A stretch of DNA of 60,846 nt, the filler included, from Diploschistes diacapsis (lineage: Eukaryota): NCBI GenBank assembly GCA_023645945.1. It is 4 parts of 4 records of this genome, joined end to end, with 100 filler letters (N's around TTAATTAATTAA, not from the genome) between each part and the next. Parts side by side here need not be neighbours in the genome. Positions count along the whole stretch, not along the records: positions 30,530 to 45,643 come from JALAIB010000572.1; positions 45,744 to 60,846 come from JALAIB010000573.1; 2 more parts are not named here. The stretch is one strand, 5' to 3'. Below the pieces are notes generated by a model. It was not told the origin of the DNA, ran no database searches, and saw only the letters and a list, made by a program, of their open reading frames with translations. The position numbers and the translations under genes are program-made. Below are positions 38,863 to 50,897 of this stretch, one piece after another (position 1 is the first letter of the stretch; every line of letters starts with the position of its first letter).

Positions 38863-39468
38863 ATGGTGCTTCACGGTGCTGCCCAACAGCTTGGCCCTCA
38901 GCCAAGGTTCGATGTCATGAGCCAGTCTTTAGACACAAAAACAGAGGCTGAGCGTCTCCCAAACATGCCGGCGTTCAAGAGGAAATCAGATTCTGGCCGC
39001 TCCCGAACGCCTGGAGCAAGCAGCAGCCGATCCGAGAAGGGATCTGAGGTAAGTGATAGCCAACCTGAGAAGAGAGATGCACGCTGACTTTGCGATATTA
39101 GAAGAGAGATGCACGCTGGCTTTGCCGAAATTAGAAGCGATATGCACGTTGGCTTTGCTCGTCAGGAAACCCTGTGAGTGAGAACCTATTTTGCTCTTCA
39201 CATATTGACTTCAATCACCTATAGCTCCCGCAACAATCAAGTACATCTTGAGAACAGTCACACGGCAATATCTCCTCAAGCGCCCTTGCGGGCCCTGCAT
39301 TCGCTACAAAACCACCGACCTATTGAGGATTTTCCCTCAACAGTCGGTGCCATTGATGGCTTAACGAGAAGGGCTGTGGATCACGTGTTGCAGGAGCTGG
39401 AGGAATCACAAGAGGGAACGCTGGCGATCAAGAGAGAGTCAGTCCATCCGGCCTGCATAGCTGTCTGA
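38863..39468 (+). pseudogene. Small coiled-coil protein with 11-aa repeats and a Mug135-C-like C-terminal domain, disrupted
   Basis: Reconstructed: PRFDVMSQSL..ERLPNMPAF / GNQILAAPERLEQ..DLR*VIANLRREMHADFA / IRREMHAGFAEIRSDMHVGFARQETL | intron | SRNNQVHLENS..PLRALHSLQNHRPIEDFPSTVGAIDGL..VLQELEESQEGTLAIKRE. Two frameshifts and TAA at 39050-39052. Confidence 0.6.
39069..39160 (+). repeat. 33-bp tandem repeat x3 (first unit 32 bp)
   Basis: GAAGAGAGATGCACGCTGACTTTGC-GATATTA / GAAGAGAGATGCACGCTGGCTTTGCCGAAATTA / GAAGCGATATGCACGTTGGCTTTGCTC. Confidence 0.9.
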
Positions 39469-39899
39469 GCTCCGGCCTCTTTATTTACAAGGCAAGCATA
39501 CAGTCTGGGATATTGTTAGCCTGCCGATGATGGAAGACTAGGAATTAGATATCATGGTACGCCGCTCTTGCGCTAGAAACACATTCGATCAATGGGAGAT
39601 AATTAATAAATTAAAAACTGCGTAATGTGAGACATGGGAAAAATCGCTCGAGACCACTACCAGAATAGCCCCTTTCCCCACCCTTCCCCGCTACCAACCT
39701 TCTCCCGTTCCGAGCATCAGGAGCAAGCATCTTCTTCCCGAGAATACCAAAGAGTAATTACCAACGAAAGCATAGTGGCTATCAATCAAAAATCCTTTCG
39801 CGCGGGCTCGTATCGTACATCAGGAATCGAAGTCAAGAAGAAAGAGTCTCGTAGCGTCGAAGAAGAGAGCAGTACTGAGCCGTCCGAAGTGAGCGTAAC

Positions 39900-41661
39900 C
39901 TAGTTATTGCCAGCACGCAGCGAGAACTTGCCCCTCTTGCCCTTCTCTTCCGGATACCCCCCCCTCTCTACGCGGGCCTTCTTGTCTTCGAGCTCAGCAC
40001 GCTGCTTCTCCAGGGTATCTTTCATCTCCTTGTGTCTCGCATACAGCTCCTCTTCACTCTGCTTCAGTTTGCTTTCCTTTTCTGCCACCTTCTGCTGAAA
40101 TACCATCTTCATTTCAGACTCCATCTTTTGCAGTTTCTGTTCGTGTAGAGTGCGCTCCTCCTCTTGCTTCACTGATGGGTTAACTTCCTTGAAGACGCTG
40201 GGGTCTTGCATAACGCCCATTGAGGTAAGCTTATCGGACCGGTAATTCTCATATAGCTCGTTGTTGGTGTGCTCCTTAAGCTCCTCCATGTGCGTACGGA
40301 TAAGCATTTGCCGTAACTTGACAAAATCGCAGTGATCCTCGTTATCTACCTCTATGACGCCCCATGGGTAGCGGCGACCACGAACTTTGCGACCTTCTGG
40401 TGTCGTGACCTCAGCATTGGCGCCCACAACTGCGAAAGGCACCTTGGACATGATCTCGTTATTCTCCGCAATGGTCTCTTCGTCGTCAAGCTCATATCGT
40501 GGTCCTTCGAAGATCTTAATCCTATGGTGGGCGATATCGTTCAAGATCTGGGAAGGTTAGTGCCCATGTCTTCTTGCGTGTTACTGATGAACTTACTCTT
40601 TGCTTGAATTCAGTAATCTCCTCATCGGTCAGGGTATCAGACTTCGCAATCACTGGAATCAAATTGACCTTGGTGTGCAGGCGGCGCATGACCTCGATGT
40701 CGAGAGGCTTGAGAGAGTGGCCGGTGGGCTGGATGAAGTAGACGCAAGCATGAACTCGATTATCCACGATGTTCATTCGATTGACCCTATTTTCCGCCTC
40801 AAGATAGGCATCAAAGCGCTGCTCGATATTCTCCACAATTGGGCGCCAAGAATCATCATTGTTGACAAAATCACCAAAACCGGGCGTATCAACAACTGTG
40901 AGTCGTAGTCTAACCCCATTCTCTTCAATGTCGGCGCTTATTGATTGAATGGATACGGTCTTGGGAATAATGTCCATGCTTGGACCCTTGCGTTCCTTGG
41001 GCGGATATAGGGACGTGTTGAAGAGCGTGTTCACAAGAGTCGACTTGCCCAAACCGGACTCACCTAGTATCGCGTTAGATCCAGTATCGCAGTTAAGTTT
41101 TCATGATTTTTGTCCTTACCGACTACCATCACATTGAAGTTGAACCCTTTCCTTACGCTCTTTCTGTGCCATTGATTTGGAAGGTTTGCAAACCCAACAT
41201 AGCCCGTGAGCTTCCTACGCACGATATTCTTCATGTCGCTCGCTTGTTGCGCGGCAACTTTGGGATCTTTGGAGCTCACTGTTTGAGCGGCAAGTTGACT
41301 TTGGGGGCCTTCAGAATTGCTGCGTTCTTGATAAGGTACCGGAGGCTTTCCGTTCGGTAAACCTTGAGGTGCGGGTGAAGCACGAGCAGATGACGGAAAT
41401 GAGCCGGGTGTAGCTACGAGAAGAACGAGGTTAGCAGGGGCATTAATAACAAAGAGTCCTAGTCGTATGAAGAGAATGTGACAAGTGTTCGTGAGGTAAC
41501 ATAATTGGTGCACGAATTGTATATTTCTTCCCGATTCAAATTCCAGAGTCAGGACCACCTCTTGTCCAACTGCACAATACGATGCTTGTATTCACCATCT
41601 TCATATTCACTGGGCAGAGATGCTGCCTAGCAAAAAGTGTCAAAAAGACAACCTTACCCAT
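39900..41661 (-). CDS. cdc3: Septin Cdc3/AspB
   Basis: [62 protein letters not shown] and a C-terminal coiled coil. Predicted 4-nt first coding exon ATGG (41661-41658); introns 41657-41414, 41119-41064 and about 40596-40548. Confidence 0.93.
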
Positions 41662-42212
41662 GATGATAACCCCAGTTCGAGCGAATTTCGGAAAGATCTG
41701 GTTCTTTACTCAATCAACTAGAGAACACAATCGTTAGCTTCCTTAACCTAATGGTTGCCTTTGAGGGCAGCCAACAGACCTCTAGGGGATTGGAAAACAA
41801 GTGCCAGTTCAGCTGTAATAACTGATTCGGAATAGCAAGAATGCACAGGAGTCTCCTATCTTCGCGCAAGGACAATCGAAGGCGCGCAGTGCAGTTTTTG
41901 TGGTGTTAATTCCTGCAGGTGCAGGATTCACTCAGCGAACTGAGAGGTTTATGACTAGGAAGCAAACTTACTGATGGTTTACTGGACCACCGCGGAGATC
42001 TCTGGGGGCTGGAATAGTCACAAAATACAATACTGGGAGTAGAAGACGTTCCGAGTACGAATTCTTCTTTTCCCTTTCTCCACAAGAAATTAGGAGACAG
42101 ACCGAGCTAGTTAGTAGTCCAAGGGCATGTCTTAAAACGGTTAAGCGTAACGTCCGGGGTAAGGGGTAACTTCATCCAACCGGCGAGTGCGTGTGATCTT
42201 TTCTTCTTCACT

Positions 42213-42242
42213 CTGATACTGATACTGATACTGATACTGATA
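42213..42242. repeat. (CTGATA)5 hexanucleotide microsatellite
   Basis: Directly visible between the septin promoter and the 3' end of the thiolase-like gene. Confidence 0.9.
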
Positions 42243-42541
42243 TTGCAACCTTCCCCAGCAGAACAGACCATTCATTAACCAACCACCCATACCTTGCCCC
42301 CACGGTACTTACACTAATATCAAAAACCCTACGCTCATCACTGCGGTTTCGGTCGTCAGGGTCTTGAGATTTCGCCTAGGCCTAAGATGTGCCCCGAGAG
42401 GTCAGTTTATATGCGATCTTCTAGCTTCCATTATGGTGGTTGTCCACGCTGGGAAGGGATCAAGCCTTGCAGGTGGATCCCGCTGGTGAGAAATGTCCAG
42501 TCCATGAAGAAGATTCTGTTGAGACTCTCAAAAGTACGATT

Positions 42542-44481
42542 CTATAGCCGCGTGGGCTTGCGTGAGAGAAAGAATAAGTTTCTACCAGAAGTTTCTTCAT
42601 GCGTTACATGCCCGTGTCTACCAATTGGCTCCTGCGTTTCACTTGTGAGCAGCTGTAAAGTGGTATTATCGCCGTCATTTGAGATGAATCGAGCGCCGTT
42701 ATCGTTCAAGCGGCCCACTATGTGTGCTTTCGATGGATTTCCATCCCGCTTGAACTCTACAGTGTAGGTCTGATGACGCGTTTAATGCTTTATCACCTCT
42801 ACGCACAAGCCATAACTTACCTCAATGGTCGCCTCTCCTGATGCGGTTTCAGTAAATCCAGGTACAGGGACATCCTCGATTGCGACGGGTAAGGGATTGA
42901 CGGCTGGATAACTGCTACCGTCTTTCCTTGGCTGCGATGATAGGCACACGACGTGTTGATATGTCGCTACACCACCATTTGCGAGGACCAGGCCATTTCT
43001 GCCACTTCCTTGTCTGAGTTGGCGGACCATTTCTGTAAAAGCCTTTGACCAAGTCAGCGATGTTGCTGAAAACTCCGGCTACGACGACTGCATACGTGCA
43101 TGGAATAATTGTTTCCTGCTCCCCCGAACGAGGTCAGACCACCTAAAAGGGAAATTGGCCTTGGGCAATTCAGCAACGGAAGACCAAGATGCTCGCATGC
43201 CAGCTTTGGCACAATTGGGAAACACCTGAGCTTGTTAAAGTGTGCGACGCGGTTCTTTTTCTTTGCTTACGAATAAAAATCGAAGAGATCAACATTCTCC
43301 TTTGTCAAGCCCGACACACTTAGAGCAGCATCCAGTGATCTTGATATAGAAGGGCTATCGTGGAAGCTAGGGCGCTCCCAGACTGCTACAGATTAGCACT
43401 CACCCTCCAATGCTCAAAGAGACCATCAATTGAGCACGCACAGTCCATGCTATCCCTAGTTCCGGCTCCTCCAAGCAGGTATATCCACTTTTCCGAGGGA
43501 ATACCCAATTTCTTGGCGTAGTCCGTTGAAGTTAACAGGCATGCTCCAGCGAGATTTACCGAATTGAAGGCATTCATCAGCAATGGATCTGCACTCATTA
43601 GTGGCGAGGCTCCTCTTAATGCGAGCTCACCCACATGGCGAGGAGATCATGCGGTTGGCTTTCGAGACTGTGCCAATATCTTGCTCGGTAGCTGCTGGCT
43701 TGCCATGGTTCCATGAGTTCGGATTACTCGCGGCGATTCTCGCAAACTCTGCGTATAGCTTGGCTGATTCTTCATTGTTTGCTTGCAAAGACTGTCCACG
43801 ATACGCTCGAAATGCATTCTCGTACATTGGATAAACGTGAACAGGCAAGCCGACGGAATAACGGGCGCCTATGTCTACATTTTATGGGTTTAAGCGCACA
43901 AAAGGCTTGATTTCATCTTGATACCATACTTACTTGCGTTATACCTAACAGGACTAAGGGGAGAGGACGAGCCAATCTCGCCGTAAGGCTTCGTCCAGCC
44001 AGGAGGCATTTTCTTCGCTTTGAAGCAAGCACCAACTATATTCAATTTAATACTGGGAAATATATCGTTTCATATCCTTCAAGAGCGACATACGCGAAGC
44101 CAGAGCCTCTCCTCCGGTCACCACCGCGATTTTTACCTCGCCCTGCGAAATCCTACGTGCAGTATCATCTATCAGCTTTCCCGGCTGGTTGCCACCATGG
44201 TCGCTGTAGAACTTGTGCTTTACAGCAGCTCCGAGATTGGAAGCAAGCAAATCCGGTAGGTCTTCGTAGGGCCATGTCCACGATCTAACAACATCTATGC
44301 TATCGATCTCAAACTGCAGGCTTTGGGTAGCAGATGTAGGGAGACCAGTGTCCTCGATCGCTTTGTGGATGGCTTGAAGCATGAGACGCATGGGCTCGAC
44401 GGCAGCCTCGGGGGCTAGCGAGCGGTTCTTGACATCGCCGACGCCAACGATGATGGGAACAGGACCTTTGTCGTTTGCCAT
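42542..44481 (-). CDS. Thiolase-like protein (TLP1-type acetyl-CoA acyltransferase-like), multi-exon
   Basis: PIIVGVGDVKNRS, HGGNQPG, VVTGGEALAS, YPMYENA, MNAFNSVNLAGAC, DLFDFYSCFPIVPKLA, GGLTSFGGAGNNYSMH, LVLANGG, TYTVEF; ends KPTRL*. Confidence 0.85.
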
Positions 44482-45180
44482 AGTAATAGCAAAGCTTAAC
44501 TGGGACCGGATCCAGAAGACAATATCCAAGCTGACGACAAGAACTTGTAACTTCACAGACTGCACATATTTAGGAACGCACTTTGAGACGGGAAATGGGG
44601 GAGTCTTTGATGTATTCCGCGAATCTAGAGTCTTGCTCTTGTAGTGCTAAGAGACACTCTGATCAGCTCTGCCCAAGAAGTGGGAACCGAGGCATATGTA
44701 GGTATGCGCTGCCTCTTTGGCGCTAATACCTAGTAGGAATAGATTACTTTGAGCTTCTAATATCATGATCCATAACTTAGTTAAGACTGACCTCACCCAA
44801 AGAGACTTACTCTACAGAGACTTATAAGTTGATTCCCTTCGAGGATAAGCTGCGAGATCTGCGACCTCTTGCTTATGCTGTAGCTCCTCCCTTGCTAAGG
44901 GACGGTGAGATTTCGTTATTTCATCTTAGCATCCGATAAAGGTGTAGTATATCTCTCGTCCTCTTGTCTTTCCTTTCTTTCGGCGTCCCTCTCGGTTCTG
45001 GAAAAGAAATTCAGGCGTGGTTTTGCATTTACGTTCTTTACCTGTACTTCTTGTACTATACGTTCATTTCTCAAGGCCTTGTACTCGAGTACAGCCTGAC
45101 GCTCTTTTCTGTCCTTTATTGCCATCTGTCGCACGTACCAAGCCGTAGTCCTGCTATTTAGAACAGCACACAACACCAGA

Positions 45181-45391
45181 ATGCCTGTCTCCTTTAAGTC
45201 TTCCGTGCTTGGGCTCGTAGCCCTCGCGGCCGGCCCAGCAGCTGCCCAGCAAAGACCCTACTTCGTCCTGGGCACCGGCATGCCCGTCACGATCCAGCGG
45301 ATGGACCCCATGCTCAGCGCCGGCAAGGTGCCTTCCCAACACGTCCATAGCGTCGTGGGCGGCAACGCCTTCGCGGCGACCATGGACTTTG
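45181..45391 (+). CDS. Secreted DUF1996-domain protein, first exon (rest lost at linker)
   Basis: Signal peptide, then QRMDPMLSAGKVPSQHVHSVVGGNAFAATMDF, followed by a GTACGT donor. Confidence 0.8.
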
Positions 45392-45643
45392 GTACGTTGC
45401 AATATCCGTTGATTCCTATAGAACCATACAACCACCCTCGAACCGAGTCGCTAACATATCTCCCCTTTCTTCCTTCCACAACCAACCCTCTCCTTCATCT
45501 CCCCACTTCCCACCTCCTCTTCCCTCACCTCAGCCTCCACCTTCGGCACCTCGCCCTCGACCTCCAGCAACGCATCCCACTCGTCCTCCACCTCCTCCAC
45601 GTCCCCCACCCCATCCATTCTATCCACAAGCTTTATCCTCCCC

Positions 45644-45743
45644 NNNNNNNNNNNNNNNNNNNNNNNNNNNNNNNNNNNNNNNNNNNNTTAATTAATTAAN
45701 NNNNNNNNNNNNNNNNNNNNNNNNNNNNNNNNNNNNNNNNNNN
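45644..45743. other. Artificial contig linker
   Basis: N44-TTAATTAATTAA-N44. Confidence 0.97.
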
Positions 45744-48700
45744 GTCTTTTCCGGGGGAGAGGGATTGGGGGGAAAGGGAAGGTTTGAGGTGGGTAAAAGG
45801 AGCTTGCTTACCAGAGGCAGCGGCTCGGGTGAGCTCGCCTGGCATTTCTTGTATCATTTCTACGAGGATGCTGATGAAGTTTGAGCGGACAAGCGAGTCG
45901 GTTACGTATTGCGAGTTGTCTTCAATGGCGAGTTGGGCGAGGGAGTCGAGGAGGAGGAGAGCGGCTATGCTGCAGGTGCCGGCGGCGCCGTAGGCATCTT
46001 CGCAAATGGTGTCGATGAGGTTGTCGCCTGCGGCTCTGATCGTCTGCGTGCCGAGTTGTCTTGCTGTGGAGGATGTGGTGGTACCTGCTATCGAGGTGAG
46101 GTATCGGTAGCAGATATTGTAGAAAGATTCGTGGAGCTCGGTACTCGTATCCGGATGACCGATGGCTCGGAGAGAGACTTTGAAGAGTTGGAAAAGCTTG
46201 TCGCTGGCGATTTCGCCCACCCTTCCGGCCTGAAGCACGACTGGCTCGAAATCTAGCTCGTCGAGGAGGCCCTGAACTAGGCTTGCGACAATCTTTGTCT
46301 CCGGCTTATTCAATGCCGCATAGTACTCTAACTTGGGTGAGATGGTTTGCAGAGCTTGGAGCGCCATGGCTGCTCTATCCGAAGAGTCTGTGCTGCATTT
46401 CCGAACAAGCACGGCGACAAGATCAGACCAGGCCTGTAATGCTAACAGTCTCTCCGCCTCTAACGAAAGACTTCGGTTTATGCCATGGAATTGTGCAAGA
46501 GCACTGAGCTTGTCGGCGGTAGCTTTGTCTTGTGCAGCCTGGTCAGGGAGGCTGCCGGTCTTCTTGAGGTGGTTGACTTTAAGAGCTAGAAGTTCACCTA
46601 TAAGTTTTACATTATAGTAAGGCAAGCCAGCATCGTCTGTATCCACGAACGTGCTCAAGTCGATACCTTCAAGAAGCGGTGTTTCAGGCTCAGCCGGCCC
46701 GTTAATAATTTCCATGTCTAAAAAGTCAAGCATATCGAAAACCATGGGGTTCGGTATCTCTTCATCATCAATTATCGTGACACCAAACATGGTGGACAGA
46801 AGCTGTGACATCCAGAGGGAAGTGTTCTCCGCAGAAGCTAGACGAAACTCCGCTGCCCCTAGTGAATACAAATAGAAGCGCTCCTTTACATACCACTCAA
46901 AAGCTTTAGAACCGCCGTCAAAGAAAAATGTAGGGCCTTGTGCAGTTCCGCCTTCCCACAGAACCTCAGGGCTTACTAATTCTGCACCGTTCCAGAGAAC
47001 CGATAGTATTGCATTCTCTTTCAGTACGGGAAGAACAAGCGCAGAGGTTAGAGTTGATGTCCAGAGAAGATGGATGATATGTGCAGCTTTGCCTCGGAGC
47101 TCGCAAGACCAGGAAAACATTCTCCCATCAATAGACTCGGGGTATTCTACACTTAGTTTTAGTACAGCATCGAAGAGAGAGTGATGCTGGGCGAAGACCC
47201 CTGTTGGATCCAGCTCCACAGAAGAGCTATGGCAGACGAAGCCCAGGAGCGCATGGGCCAGATTTGGCTGACCAGGGTTGGTGGACAGCGTCTGTTCCAA
47301 AAAGTCCAGAATAGCGTATTTGGTTACGAAGCATGGAGCTTCCGGACCAGCAAGCTGTTCACGGCGGTCCCAGACCATGTTTTGCGTCATGGCTTTTGCA
47401 ATAGGTTCAATATCGCTGTTGCCTTGAAGGATACCAACTAGCCTGTTGCTAATCACCCTTGATCCAAATTTGGCAGACTGGGGAGTGTTCAATTTCCGAG
47501 ACATTGAGAATTTCTTCAAAAGTTCCATACACGCTTCGGCCAGTTCTTGATGTCCTGAACCGGCGTAGTAAGCGAGGTCGGCAACGATCCGAAGATGCAT
47601 GGAGATAATGTCTTCGAACGATGCTAAAGCGGGATTTGATACTGGCCTTCGATGGCCGGATGACTGAGTCTTGACCAGCGGTCGAGCAATATCGAAATAA
47701 GTAGATTGGAGGTCCATTACTAGGTTCATAGCTCTGATAGATCCGGACAAGGCAAAGACGAGTGGGGAGTCGGCTTGGGCATTCGTGACTTCACTAATAT
47801 TCTGGTGAGATACAGAAAAGAGGGTAGCAATAACTTTGTCATTGAACATCCACTCAAGAATGCGACTAAAGGGATGGAATCGAACGTAATTGAGGAGTGA
47901 AGAAGCACTCATAGCATCATCCAAGGAAAGATGCGTCCTGTGCGCGAGAATAAGGAGGTCTTCATTGAAAGAGTCCAAGCACGCCCCGATAAAAGCAAAT
48001 ACGGAGTTGCTTAGTATGCGTGTCTGCGAAACCTCCAGGTTTGCGAGTCTCGTCGCAAAGATCTTGCCAAGGACAAGGTCAACATATGGATCGATGCCTT
48101 GCATTCGATAAGAAGATCCTAGCTGTTCTGGAAATGGAAGCGCGTCATGAAGGTCCGACCCCTGAGCAGTTGCCGAAATCAACGCGGTCAACAGAAGTAC
48201 GAAGGCATTCATCTCCGTGAAGTCTTGGGAGATAGCTTTGAAGGTCACTTCTTCAGCCCACGCTGAACTGTTGCTGATCTTCGCTGGGCGAGCAATGTTT
48301 CCTCCAGATGAGAAGCCACTTGAAACCCACGAGTCTAATGCAGTCCAGATATTAGTCGTGACCTCAGGAGTGCGCAGGTCGAGGAAAGCCCGCACACAGT
48401 CGTACGCACGAGCGCGTATCCTAGAAGGTACTGTGTTATTACACAATAGAAACATCATATCAAAGACTTTGCGAGGCTGGGAAAGAACCCAAGATTTGAT
48501 CTTCTCGCTCTGCGTACACAGATGAGCTACAAGGCGAAGATAACACTCAAGCATTGCAGGGGTTTCAGGCTCATCAATGTCAACAGCCTTGGGCTTTCCA
48601 TTGTACGAAGACGTGTTGGTGAGACCGGCTGTCGGACTTTCACGAACTTTTGATGCATAGAATTCGAGTTCGTCAAATATCTGGTTCCAGCTCAGTGTTG

Positions 48701-50395
48701 CCGATCTTCGATGTCGACCAACGTTCGAACCTTCAACCAAGAAGCTATGGGCCGCCATCGCGCAATCTTCACCTTCAGAAATAGCACGAAACATCTCACA
48801 GAATGCACCGACGACCGGAGTCGAAACTCGGCGAGAAAACCATTGTAAGAAGCCGTACAGATTGCTGTCGGTATCCGCCCAGAACTCACTTGCTGCCTGG
48901 GGCCGTTCCTCGTAAGCGTAGGACGTGATAACGAAGAATCTCTCCAAATGCCGATCATTGTCTTCCACCTGGTTCGAGACATCCGTAGCAAACCCGGAGA
49001 GTAGCCTTTGCCGATGATCTTCTTCCTCAATCTTGAACTTTCGCAGCGTATCGGGCATGTTTGCGATGAAAGAATAGGTAAACAGCTCGACATGCTCCAT
49101 CACGATCTCCCTAAAATACGGAGAGATAGAGGCAGGCTCAAAGGGCAAGACTGGGGCATCGTTGAGCAAGGAACGTATGAGCTCTATTCTGGCTGGATCA
49201 TACCAATCACTAGATCTGATCTGGGAGCAGATAGACAATGTGCAGTGAAAGGCGCCATTCTGGAGCGCACGTGAAAGAGCATCGGCCCGGAGCTTCTCTT
49301 CTTTTTCAGGATCTTCGTCCTCGATCGCTACGTTATCGGCGGGCATGTCAAAATACCAGCTATTGTACTCTGCAAGCCACCAAACCATTACAGCAGCCTG
49401 AAGGTTACGCAAAGGCCAAGAGTTGGAGTCCAGAGACTCAAGAAGAGTCTTGTATATAGTCCTCGCTTCACTGTGACTTGCTGATCCAGTAGCTGAGCCG
49501 AATTGGCTGAAGAAGGAGATCAGGGACGGAACATAATGAATGGCGATACTATTCCATTTGTCCAACTGTCTCATTTGGACCAAGAGACTGCGCAAGTTCT
49601 CCAAAGATGCGTGATTCAACTTAACGAGGTAGGCGAGTATTGTCGCAAGGGATTCATGCTGCTGCGTAAGATTGTGCTGCTGTATTCCCATTGCTTCATC
49701 ATGATCAGGGGACGAAGCTTGACCGACTGCAACGATTTTCTGAGCCTTTTCAGCCAAAATGTTCAGCCATTGCTCTATTTGCGAACAAGTCGAAATGCAT
49801 TTTTGTGTATATGCGGAACCATGTGTCTTCTTCGATGCGCGATCTTCGACGATGAGTGTCACACGATGTTTGATAACACTTTGTACCTGGTCATCGAGGT
49901 CGACGTCTAGCGACAGTTTCAACAGAAGCCGCAGGGTGTCAACAAGAAACGTGTGGTATTCATGAAAATGGATTATAGCACATGTTATCGGCGGTCTATC
50001 CAGCTCTTCAGACCTACGGAGTCCTCTGGCAAGTAACACCGCCGCTTCAACCTCATCCAGGAAAATTGAGTCTGAAAGTTGCGTTGCCTGTTCCTTGAAG
50101 TCATCACCAAGCGGATATAAGATGTCACCAACATGGATGTTCTCTAACTAGGTTAGATGGGGCTTGGTTGTATATCAATCGACTTACTTAGGGTCGATAG
50201 CTTGTACCGAGATTGCTCATTTTTGGGTTTTCGATCTAGCAACTGTTTGAAAGCTTCGATATGAGCATCAAGATCGGCACACAATCTCTCTATATTTGGC
50301 AACCGCGATTCAGACAATTCAAGTAGGTCTTGATGCAGCGACTGAATGGCAGCGATTTGCTCAGGCCCATCAGTGGTGGCTTCATGGGTCTCCAT
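45744..50395 (-). CDS. nup192: Nuclear pore scaffold nucleoporin Nup192/Nup205, 3' truncated
   Basis: LHQDLLELSESRLPNIERL..LLDRKPKNEQSR, FWADTDSNLYGFLQW, LPFPEQLGSSYRMQGIDPYVD, PNLAHALLGF. Long helical ORF with an intron near 50187-50144. Confidence 0.9.
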
Positions 50396-50897
50396 TCTCA
50401 CGGCTCAACATATGCTGGTATAGCCATAACTGAGTGCGCAAAGTGAGAGAAGCAGCTTTCCTAAAAAAATAAAATAAATCATAAGTCGTTTGCGAGATAC
50501 ACACGCGACTGACAAGGGTAGCTTGAGGGTTTAACTCCGCTAAGACCGTAAATATACTAGAACTTGGACGACAGCTTCAGATTGCGAAAGTTTTCCTCTT
50601 TAACGACCATACAAGAATCGTCATATCAGCCGGTGAAACTTTGCCTTACGATATGCGATATGCGTCTGCAACTCTCTGTGGCATGTTGGTTTTAAAGTTT
50701 ATCTGTCCTTGAGGCTACTTTAAAGACGATCAAGCGGTTCGTTAGTCAACGGGCATAGCTAGATAGCCCAAGCTATCGATTCTTGATTATTTCTTTAAAT
50801 GCAGGTTGAATCAATTATTCATAATCTCGAAGCGCATGCTGTTCGCAAATTTCATGTGCCATGCTCAAAGGTGTTACTCTAGGAGCGTCAAGAAGCC

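Noticed and set aside
39069..39160. CRISPR-like array
   Set aside because: The repeats are directly tandem with no unique spacers, keep codon periodicity, and the genome is eukaryotic.
44916..45176. Charged 86-aa minus-strand ORF
   Set aside because: Best explained as the antisense reading of the CT-rich leader of the DUF1996 gene.
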